A stretch of 64,000 nucleotides of DNA, from positions 1,574 through 65,573 of the forward strand of contig CAMEXD010000006.1 in the NCBI GenBank assembly GCA_945947035.1, read 5' to 3'. The position numbers were made by a program, and so were the translations under genes. The notes under the pieces were generated by a model. The model made no database searches, was not told the DNA's origin, and was given only the letters and a program-made list of their open reading frames with translations. Positions 41,652 to 50,006 of this stretch are shown one piece after another (position 1 is the first letter of the stretch; each line of letters begins with the position of its first letter). This DNA comes from an uncultured Mycoplasma sp. (GTDB lineage: Bacteria; Bacillota_I; Bacilli_A; RF39; UBA660).

Positions 41652-42428
41652 ATGTCCAAAAATATGCTTAAATTACTTGCAAAATTTTCTGAAATATCTA
41701 ATTTAAAATGGGTAAAAGGTATAACCAATAACATGAATAGTGTAGGATTAACCTTTGAAAAATTGCTGGGTAAAAATGCTGATGGTGATATTTTTCCAGA
41801 TTATAGAGATATTGAAATAAAATGTACTCAAAGATATAGTAACTATCCACTTGGGCTATTTGCTAAAGCTTTCGATGGACCAAACGTCTTTGAGACTAAT
41901 TTTATTTTGGAAAAATATGGTAAAAATTACCATTTAATTCCAGATAAAAAGTTTTTAAAAGTAAATCTCTTATATGATAAGGATGTTCTGGTAAATGAAA
42001 AATATTATTTTAAATTAATATGTTCTTCAGAAGAGAAAAGAATATATATAAATATTTATGATAAAACAAAAACTCTTCTTGATACACCATATATTGATTA
42101 TGACAGCTTAAAAAATCATTTGGCAGTTAAATTGTCAAATTTAGCAATAATATATGCAAGTAAAACTGAAATTGATGGATCTAATCATTTCAGATATTAT
42201 GTTATCAGCTTTTTTAAATTTAAAGGATTTGATGTTTTTATTGAATTAATAAAAAAAGGAATTGTTACTTTGAATTTAGAATGTAGAGTATCTTTTTCAA
42301 AGAATTATGGAAAACAAAAAAATAAAGGAATTGAATTTAAAATTCAAAAAGACAAAATAGATATGTTATTTGACAGATTACTTTCTTATGATGCTGATAA
42401 AAAAGAAATTAAATATTATGATAATTAA
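41652..42428 (+). CDS. MvaI/BcnI-family (MutH-like PD-(D/E)xK) endonuclease with no methyltransferase beside it
   Basis: VGLTFEKLLG...PDYRDIEIK...LF pattern; C-terminal KNKGIEFKI. Confidence 0.75.
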   Translation: MSKNMLKLLAKFSEISNLKWVKGITNNMNSVGLTFEKLLGKNADGDIFPDYRDIEIKCTQRYSNYPLGLFAKAFDGPNVFETNFILEKYGKNYHLIPDKKFLKVNLLYDKDVLVNEKYYFKLICSSEEKRIYINIYDKTKTLLDTPYIDYDSLKNHLAVKLSNLAIIYASKTEIDGSNHFRYYVISFFKFKGFDVFIELIKKGIVTLNLECRVSFSKNYGKQKNKGIEFKIQKDKIDMLFDRLLSYDADKKEIKYYDN

Positions 42429-42472
42429 AATATATCATATACATGTTATAATATATTTATAAGGAGAACATT

Positions 42473-42784
42473 ATGAAAAAAGAAGATAAAATAAAATATA
42501 AAAAAATGGGATTTGATGAAACTAAAGATGAATTAAAAAATGAGTGGTTAAATTATTTTTCTAATAATTCCAAAACAGACTTGGATTTTATTAAAATAAA
42601 ACTAATATCTATTTGTATGAGAAGATTGTCTAATGGATTTACATGCGAACAAATAATATGCTTTTTAAAACAATTTCCACTTACAGAAGAACAATACAAA
42701 GAAATAATTGAAAATATATCCTACTTTCATAAGTTTCGCAGTGAAGAATTTTACAATTATAACAATAAAACTATGTCAAAATAG
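42473..42784 (+). CDS. Hypothetical helical protein
   Basis: ORF track; SD aaggag. Confidence 0.7.
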   Translation: MKKEDKIKYKKMGFDETKDELKNEWLNYFSNNSKTDLDFIKIKLISICMRRLSNGFTCEQIICFLKQFPLTEEQYKEIIENISYFHKFRSEEFYNYNNKTMSK

Positions 42785-43873
42785 TTTTTTTTGTTTATCT
42801 ATATTTATTATTATTCCAATTAAAATCATATATGAGATTAAACTACTTCCGCCATAGGAAATAAATGGTAATGTTATTCCGGTAATTGGTAATAATCCTA
42901 TTGTCATTGCGGTATTTTGAACTTGCTGATATAAAAGTACTGAAAAAACACCACTTGTAATAAGTTTATAAATAAGACTATTTTTTTTGCCAACATTTAA
43001 TATTTCATTATCAATAATTAAAAATAATACAAATAGAATTATTGCACCAATTAATCCATAACAAGATACAAAAGAAGAAAATATAAAATCTGTATGTAGT
43101 TCAGGAAAATAAATTGGAATATTATTAAAACCATGACCAATTATACCTGCTGATGCTATGCTTATAATAGAATTTTCTAGTTGCATTCCTGAAGAATTGC
43201 TCCAATCAAATATTCTGTCAAGTCTATAGAAAAAATTCGAACCTAAAAATTTAATAAACAAATCTTTTTCAAAATAAAATAAATATAAAATGCCAAAAAA
43301 AACCAAAAACAAAATTATAAAAAGTAAAATAAACCATCTTTTTTTTATTCCGGATACAAACATCATAACAATAGTAATTATAAAATACATTAAAACTGCA
43401 CCAGTATCAGGCTCTAAAAAAGTAAGAATTGTTGGAACTAAAAAAATTATTATACATTTTATAATTATTTTAAAATCACTTTCATTATTTTTAATGCTTT
43501 CACTAATGGTCTTTGCTAAAAACAAAATTAATCCAATTTTCATAAATTCGCTAGGCTGAAGACTTCCAAATATTGGTAATTTAATCCAAGCTCTTGATCC
43601 ATTAATATAAGAACCAAATAGTAATACATATATAAGAAGAAAAATATTAAAGATATAAAAATAAAAGCTATACTTAATTAATAAATCTGTTTTTATAAAA
43701 AACATAATTCCAATTATTAGAAATCCAACAATATAAAAAACGATTTGTTTTAAAAGTATATTATCAGAAACTGAAACATAATCTAAAGTACTATAAATTG
43801 TTACAATACTTATGATAAAAAACATTATAATAGTTAAAAAATTAGTTTTATTTATTTTTATTTTAGTTTTCAT
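42776..43873 (-). CDS. SEDS family protein (RodA/FtsW/SpoVE)
   Basis: GSRAWI, LQPSEFMK, EPDTG, PELHTDFIF, ITGITLPFISYGGSS. Confidence 0.92.
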   Translation of the reverse strand: MKTKIKINKTNFLTIIMFFIISIVTIYSTLDYVSVSDNILLKQIVFYIVGFLIIGIMFFIKTDLLIKYSFYFYIFNIFLLIYVLLFGSYINGSRAWIKLPIFGSLQPSEFMKIGLILFLAKTISESIKNNESDFKIIIKCIIIFLVPTILTFLEPDTGAVLMYFIITIVMMFVSGIKKRWFILLFIILFLVFFGILYLFYFEKDLFIKFLGSNFFYRLDRIFDWSNSSGMQLENSIISIASAGIIGHGFNNIPIYFPELHTDFIFSSFVSCYGLIGAIILFVLFLIIDNEILNVGKKNSLIYKLITSGVFSVLLYQQVQNTAMTIGLLPITGITLPFISYGGSSLISYMILIGIIINIDKQKKLF

Positions 43874-43946
43874 ATTATTATTATGCGTTTTCTTTTACTA
43901 TTTTATTTATAATTATCATAAGATATATAGAAAAGAGGATGATTTA

Positions 43947-44249
43947 ATGAAAAAAATACCTAATATTTTTAAACCAGGAATAAATAAACAGATAAATAAC
44001 AATGATAAAGTGTTTTATTCTGCCTTGAAAGATGAACAAAAAAATAGATTAATTGTTTCTAAAATAAAGCCAAAAAGAAACATTAAACAAGAAGTTTTAA
44101 TTGGCAAAAAATTTAATAAAAACTATGTAATAAAGACAAAAGATAATTATTATAATAGTAAAATAATCGATCGTATGGGAAATAATATATTAATTGAAAG
44201 TGGAAAAATAATATCAATATCTGATATTTCTGGTATTTATGAAGAATAA
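43947..44249 (+). CDS. Hypothetical basic protein
   Basis: ATG at 43947 after gagga SD; ORF track. Confidence 0.7.
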   Translation: MKKIPNIFKPGINKQINNNDKVFYSALKDEQKNRLIVSKIKPKRNIKQEVLIGKKFNKNYVIKTKDNYYNSKIIDRMGNNILIESGKIISISDISGIYEE

Positions 44250-44277
44250 AAAAATTCAGTAAAATTACTGAATTTTT

Positions 44278-44688
44278 TTAAATACATGAAACAAATGTAT
44301 CGTCTAGACATCTTAATATACAAATACAATCTGTATTAATTGTAAAGAAATTATTAGTATCAACAAATGGAAGATCTGAAGCAGTATCAGGATTACTTGC
44401 TAAAATTCTACAAGTTGCGCAGCATCCATCTACTTTTTCAACTCTAAATACACTTGATTCACCAGTTGTATCGTCTCTAGTAAATGGAAGTGTTACTAAT
44501 GTTCCGTTACAAGTATAAAATGAAACAGGTCTTGTGTTAAAGCAAAAACTAGAATTTGCAATGTTTCCTAAAAATCTTCTATCACAAGTATTTGAACCAC
44601 AGTCAAATTTTTCAGCATTATTCTGTAACTCGGCAATTATACATAATGTATTTGCTATGCAGCAAGTATTTGTATTATTTTCATTCAT
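44278..44688 (-). CDS. Spore coat/crust protein CotY/CotZ family
   Basis: Cys-rich; NTRPVSFY, SSVFRVEKVDGCCATCRIL, DCICILRCL. Confidence 0.85.
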   Translation of the reverse strand: MNENNTNTCCIANTLCIIAELQNNAEKFDCGSNTCDRRFLGNIANSSFCFNTRPVSFYTCNGTLVTLPFTRDDTTGESSVFRVEKVDGCCATCRILASNPDTASDLPFVDTNNFFTINTDCICILRCLDDTFVSCI

Positions 44689-44829
44689 CTTTAATTCACT
44701 CCTTTATTTATTCTAATATAGGATATTCAATTAAGTCCATTTATAACATTGTTTTTACCCATAATTTATTTTTTTCTTAAAAAACTTTTATTTTTTATAA
44801 ATTTAAGATATAATGTATATGGTGATTAT

Positions 44830-45141
44830 ATGAAATTTGAATATATTATATTATTTATTATTTTCTTAATAATATTATTAGCAATTATTAAAGTAAACAA
44901 AAAAGATGTAAAATTGGATTTTAATAAACTTGTTGATTTTTTGGGTGGAAAAGATAATATTATTGATACTGAGACTAATCTATCTAGATTTATTGTAACT
45001 TTAAAAAATATAAATTTAGTAGATAAAGAATCAATTATGGAACTAGGTGCTAAAGGAATTGTAGAAGTTGATAATCAATTAAAAATTATTTTAGGACCAC
45101 AATCTGGTCAATTAAAAAAGTATATTCAAGATATGAAATGA
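44830..45141 (+). CDS. Membrane-anchored stand-alone PTS EIIB-like domain
   Basis: LGGKDNII....SR..V.LK...VD, LGAKG, QL.IILG; one N-terminal TM. Confidence 0.75.
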   Translation: MKFEYIILFIIFLIILLAIIKVNKKDVKLDFNKLVDFLGGKDNIIDTETNLSRFIVTLKNINLVDKESIMELGAKGIVEVDNQLKIILGPQSGQLKKYIQDMK

Positions 45142-45210
45142 AAATTTTATATCTTTTTTTTTACAAATTTCAACATAATTCGACAAAACTTAATTATAAA
45201 ATAAAATAGG

Positions 45211-46467
45211 GTGATGCAAAAAATGTCGTTTTATGAAAATCTATTTGTTGATGTAGTTTTAATTTTGTTCCCAATTTTTATATATCTTTTATACGTTGCG
45301 TATAGTAATAATATTGAAAAGTCAAAAAATGAACTTTTCTTTGATTTTATAAATTTATCAGCATTTTATCTTTTATATAGATATAAGATGTATTTTGAAG
45401 ATTCAATTTATTTGCTTTTTTTAAATATACCCCTTATATTATCGTATTTAAAAAAAAGAAATATATCGTCATTAATTTTATCGATTTTATTAATAGTATA
45501 TACAAATTACATATATGATTTTCCAATATTTTTATTATTTATAGAATATGTTATTTATTTTATTATATATTATTATATTTACTATAAGAAAAAGTTATAC
45601 GATAGTTTTTTATTTCTATTTCTTTTTATAAAAGGATTAATATTATCTTTTGAAGCATTTTATATTTTACCATCCGATTTAAGTAATTATGTTATAGTTG
45701 TTAGAGTTTTTTTAATACTTTTATTATTTTATTCTATTACATCTCTTGTTGTTACACTACTTAAAAAAGGAGAGGAAATTCTTTCTTTAAATCAGGTGTT
45801 AAAAGAATTGGAACAATCTAAAAGGATTGGAAGTTCATTGTTTAGAATAACCCATGAAATAAAAAATCCTCTTGCGGTATGTAAAGGTTATCTAGATATG
45901 ATGGATTATAAGGATGAAGAAAAAGTTAAAAAATATAATAGTGTAATTAAAGAGGAAATTGAACGATCTTTATCAATTGTTGATGATTTTTCTGATTATA
46001 CAAAAATTAAAGTAAATCTAGATATTATGGATATTAATATGTTATTAGAAGATACCACAAGTAGCATAAAGTCATTATTAATGAAAAAAAATATTCAATT
46101 AAAACTCAACATAAAAGACGATGAAATTTATATAAATGGTGATTATAACAGATTAAAACAGGTTTTTGTAAATGTAATAAAAAATAGTGCTGAAGCTATT
46201 AATCATGAAAAGGGAATAATAGAAATAAGAGAAAAAGAGACTTTAAATAATATTATTATTACAATAAATGATAATGGTTGTGGAATGGATAAAGAAACAT
46301 TAGAAAAATGTGGTGAAACCTTTTTTACAACAAAATCGCATGGTACTGGGTTAGGAGTTGGATTGTCAAAAGAAATTATAAAATTACACAGTGGTAAAAT
46401 AGAATATGATTCCAAAAAAGACATTGGTACTAAAGTGACAATTACTTTACAAAAAGTAAAAATTTAA
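45211..46467 (+). CDS. Sensor histidine kinase (sporulation-kinase-like)
   Basis: THEIKNPL H-box, QVFVNVIKNSAEA, DNGCGM, FFTTK, GTGLG. Confidence 0.92.
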   Translation: MMQKMSFYENLFVDVVLILFPIFIYLLYVAYSNNIEKSKNELFFDFINLSAFYLLYRYKMYFEDSIYLLFLNIPLILSYLKKRNISSLILSILLIVYTNYIYDFPIFLLFIEYVIYFIIYYYIYYKKKLYDSFLFLFLFIKGLILSFEAFYILPSDLSNYVIVVRVFLILLLFYSITSLVVTLLKKGEEILSLNQVLKELEQSKRIGSSLFRITHEIKNPLAVCKGYLDMMDYKDEEKVKKYNSVIKEEIERSLSIVDDFSDYTKIKVNLDIMDINMLLEDTTSSIKSLLMKKNIQLKLNIKDDEIYINGDYNRLKQVFVNVIKNSAEAINHEKGIIEIREKETLNNIIITINDNGCGMDKETLEKCGETFFTTKSHGTGLGVGLSKEIIKLHSGKIEYDSKKDIGTKVTITLQKVKI

Positions 46468-46538
46468 GAAAATAAGTACTTAATTTGTTTTACAAATTTA
46501 AATTTATGTTGTATTCTTATTATAGGGAAGTGATATGT

Positions 46539-47222
46539 ATGAAAAAAATAGGAATGCTATTTTTAAGTTTTATTTTTTCAGTTTGTTTTATGAGCGGAGT
46601 AAATGCAACAGAAGTTGTGGTGGATCCAAGTAACGAAATTGAAATGCCTTATAACTTATTTGTAGATGATACCAATTATATTAATTTTAAAAATGATTCA
46701 GGAGTTACTAAATACTATCAAATAGTTGATGTAAGTAATAATACAGAAATTGTTAAATATATTAATGACAATATACTTACAAAACTTGTTCTTTTGGCTG
46801 AAAAAGAAAATGAATTTAGTAAATATGAGTCTGGAACAACAGAATCAGAAAATCTTAATAACGATATCAAAATTGTTAAAACAAGTATTGATGAAGCAGT
46901 TAAATCAGAAAGTCTTAAAACTTTAATAGACAATTATGATGAAAATAATTGGGTTACATTAAGCGAAAATGTAATTCCTACTGATAATGTTGTAAAAAAT
47001 AAATATTATATTGTTTGGGTAAAAACTCAAAATGCTTCTGCAGTTACTTATGATTATTATGCTTATAAAGCAGTTAGTAAAGATTATTACAAAAATAATA
47101 CAACATCAGAGGTTGAAAATCCAGATACAGGTATAGAACATACTGCATTAATTGTAACAGTTGGAGCTTTAATTTTAGTAGGATCTTATTTAGTAATTAA
47201 TAAAAATAAAGAAAGTTACTAA
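46539..47222 (+). CDS. Secreted/surface protein with NPDTG sorting-like signal
   Basis: Signal peptide (VNA); ENPDTG followed by TM and a basic tail. Confidence 0.75.
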   Translation: MKKIGMLFLSFIFSVCFMSGVNATEVVVDPSNEIEMPYNLFVDDTNYINFKNDSGVTKYYQIVDVSNNTEIVKYINDNILTKLVLLAEKENEFSKYESGTTESENLNNDIKIVKTSIDEAVKSESLKTLIDNYDENNWVTLSENVIPTDNVVKNKYYIVWVKTQNASAVTYDYYAYKAVSKDYYKNNTTSEVENPDTGIEHTALIVTVGALILVGSYLVINKNKESY

Positions 47223-47288
47223 AATTTAACAAAAAACACTTGCAAAAAGTAAGTAAATTTGATATATTTAATTTGCTTATTTTTTTCT

Positions 47289-47365
47289 GGCGGGATAGTT
47301 CAGTTGGCTAGAACAATCGGTTCATACCCGGTATGTCAGGGGTTCGAGTCCCTTTCCCGCTACCA
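47289..47365 (+). tRNA. Elongator tRNA-Met(CAU)
   Basis: GGCGG acceptor and CGGTTCATACCCG arm as in Bacillus elongator Met. Confidence 0.88.
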
Positions 47366-47505
47366 ATGTGATTTATACTAGGCGCAAGAACCTAGTTTTT
47401 TATTTGTATAAATTAATTATGCAATATAATTTAGATAATTCTACGGTTCGTTTGGTGTAGTTTTATTAGTTTTATATTATAATTATTCTTGAAAGGAGTA
47501 ATTGT

Positions 47506-48375
47506 ATGGATCAAGAAAAAATAGGAAAATTTATAGCGGTACTTCGCAAAGAAAAAAAATTAACTCAAGAACAACTTGCAGAAAAAATAGGAATAACAGA
47601 TCGTGCTATTTCAAAATGGGAAAATGGTAGGGGAATGCCAGATTTATCGTTAATAAAACCACTTTGTGATGAATTAGGAATTACAATTAATGAGTTATTA
47701 AGTGGAGAAAGATTAAATAAGGAAAATTATCAAGAAAACTTAGAAGAAAACATTATTAAAACAATCAATTATAGTGATAAAAAAATAAAAAATACTACAA
47801 AAATATTTAAGTTTATTATAGTTTTAATTATATTATTATTTGCAATAATCATTACTTTATTTTGTATTGATATTAGTAAAATGAGAAATAATCAACCTGT
47901 ATTATTTAGTACTTGGGGATTTAAATATTCACCACCAATTGATATTAAATTTGAAAAAATAGAATATGCTATAAAAGATTATGTAGTTGAAAAAGAAGAT
48001 AATGAACCTAAACACCATGATAATGAAAAAGCATTTGCTAGTATGAATATATACTTATGCGAAGAAAAAGAAGAACTTACATACTTTAATGTATATGCTT
48101 GGGTATTTATAGAAAAATATTATTTGGAAAATAACATAATAAAAAAGGATAGTAGTTCTTCTATCCCATATAAATTTGTTATAGAAAAAATAGATGACGA
48201 ATACGTTGTAACTGATTCTAGAACACCAAGAGATGGAAGCTATTATTTAGATGATATGAAAAATATATTTCCAAAAAGTGTTAGAGATGATATGGAAAAA
48301 GTTCATACTGATGGTACTATAGAAAAATTGCGTTTAGATATTGAACAACAAATTAAATTATATTTTCATAGATAA
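47506..48375 (+). CDS. XRE HTH regulator fused through a TM to an extracytoplasmic domain
   Basis: LTQEQLAEKIGITDRAISKWENGRGMPD; TM; PRDGSYY C-terminal domain. Confidence 0.85.
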   Translation: MDQEKIGKFIAVLRKEKKLTQEQLAEKIGITDRAISKWENGRGMPDLSLIKPLCDELGITINELLSGERLNKENYQENLEENIIKTINYSDKKIKNTTKIFKFIIVLIILLFAIIITLFCIDISKMRNNQPVLFSTWGFKYSPPIDIKFEKIEYAIKDYVVEKEDNEPKHHDNEKAFASMNIYLCEEKEELTYFNVYAWVFIEKYYLENNIIKKDSSSSIPYKFVIEKIDDEYVVTDSRTPRDGSYYLDDMKNIFPKSVRDDMEKVHTDGTIEKLRLDIEQQIKLYFHR

Positions 48376-48730
48376 AAAATATGATTAAACATCTTAAGTA
48401 GTTTTATAACTACTTTCTTTTTTTAAAGCCATAAAAACAACAAAATAAGGAAATTTTTTTAAATTTTTCTAATTTTATGCTAGAATAAATCACTATGAAA
48501 AACAAAGAGTATGGAAAAAAATTAAATTTACTATTTTTTACTTTTTCAATAATACTAATTGTAATGGGGTATTATTGTTTTCCTTTGTCTGTTTTTCCTT
48601 TTTTTATTGGTATTTTTTTATTTGCTACATTCATAATAAGCATTTTTTTATAAAATTTAGATACATATTCTACATTAGTAACTTACTAAAAATATTATAA
48701 AAAAAAGACACTTTATATTAAAAGTATCTA

Positions 48731-49294
48731 TTATAAATTTTTTTTATTATTTTTTAAAAGTAAAACAACTATAATATTTTTAATACCAAGTACTAAATAT
48801 AATAAGATAAAGAATAAATATAAATTATCTAATACATAACTGCTCCATAAAATACAAGCAAGCATAATAACACAAATTACTGCATAATTGATAAATTGTA
48901 ATAAAGAGTGATCCTCATACCTTAAAAAATTAAATACTTCTTTTATAACTGTAATAATGCCTAAAATAGTTACAAAATCATATTTACCACCATTATTTAA
49001 TATGACACTAAATGTAATAATTAAATAAAATAATGATTCGATTACTGGCATAATATAATATTTTAGTTCAGAATCTTTAGTTTTACTAGCGTAATATAAA
49101 CAACTAATAGATAAAATAATTAATGATATTGGTAAAAGATATAGAACTGTTAAAGTACCAGGTTTACTTCTTTCAAAAATAAGAGTAAGAAGTGTTGTTA
49201 CAATAAGTATAACACCATCAAGTAAAATAGTGTTTTTAGTAACATTATAGTTATCTTTAATGTTATCATAATATTTTTTTAATAATTTATTCAT
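48731..49294 (-). CDS. Multi-pass membrane protein
   Basis: ORF track; about six hydrophobic segments. Confidence 0.7.
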   Translation of the reverse strand: MNKLLKKYYDNIKDNYNVTKNTILLDGVILIVTTLLTLIFERSKPGTLTVLYLLPISLIILSISCLYYASKTKDSELKYYIMPVIESLFYLIITFSVILNNGGKYDFVTILGIITVIKEVFNFLRYEDHSLLQFINYAVICVIMLACILWSSYVLDNLYLFFILLYLVLGIKNIIVVLLLKNNKKNL

Positions 49295-49390
49295 ATAATT
49301 TTCACCTCAAGATAAATTTTACAATAAAATAGGATATTTTTCTAGTATCTTTCTAGTATTTTTGATAAAATAATACATGAGGTAATAATT

Positions 49391-49993
49391 ATGAAGTTAT
49401 ATTTTAAATATGGAGCGATGAACTCAGGCAAAACCATGGAAATCTTAAGAACTGCTCATAACTATGAAGAAAATGGTTATAAGGTATTAATTGTAAAACC
49501 TTTTTGTGATAAAAAAGGAAATGATTTTATTGTATCAAGAGTAGGAGTATCAAGACATGTTGATTATTTATTAAAACAGAATGAACTTTTAAGTGATGTA
49601 ATAAAACAAAATTATCCTACAGTTATTTTAGTAGATGAAGCACAGTTTTTAAGTAAAGAGCAAATTGATGATCTATGGCTTATAACAAAAAATTTAGATA
49701 TTGATGTATTTTGCTATGGGCTTAGAACCGACTTTAGATTAGAGGGGTTTCCTGGTGCTATTAGACTTTTTGAACTTGCTGATAAGATTGAAGAAATTAC
49801 TACCTTATGTAGGTGTGGTAAAAAAGCTAATGCTAATTTAAGACTTGTTGATGGTATTCCAACATTTGATGGTGATGAAGTTATAATTGATGGCTTTTTA
49901 AATGTTACCTATATTCCTGTTTGCAGTAATTGTTATATAGATTATTACAATAAAGCAAAAGAACAAAAAATGGTAAGAAAAAAAATATTTTAA
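49391..49993 (+). CDS. tdk: Thymidine kinase
   Basis: GAMNSGKT, VDEAQF, GLRTDF, CRCG, CSNC. Confidence 0.95.
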   Translation: MKLYFKYGAMNSGKTMEILRTAHNYEENGYKVLIVKPFCDKKGNDFIVSRVGVSRHVDYLLKQNELLSDVIKQNYPTVILVDEAQFLSKEQIDDLWLITKNLDIDVFCYGLRTDFRLEGFPGAIRLFELADKIEEITTLCRCGKKANANLRLVDGIPTFDGDEVIIDGFLNVTYIPVCSNCYIDYYNKAKEQKMVRKKIF

Positions 49994-50006
49994 GGGAGGA
50001 ATTTTT

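Noticed and set aside
48495-48660. Possible frameshifted small membrane ORF after TAGAAT
   Set aside because: It needs more than one frameshift; T-rich sequence mimics hydrophobic coding
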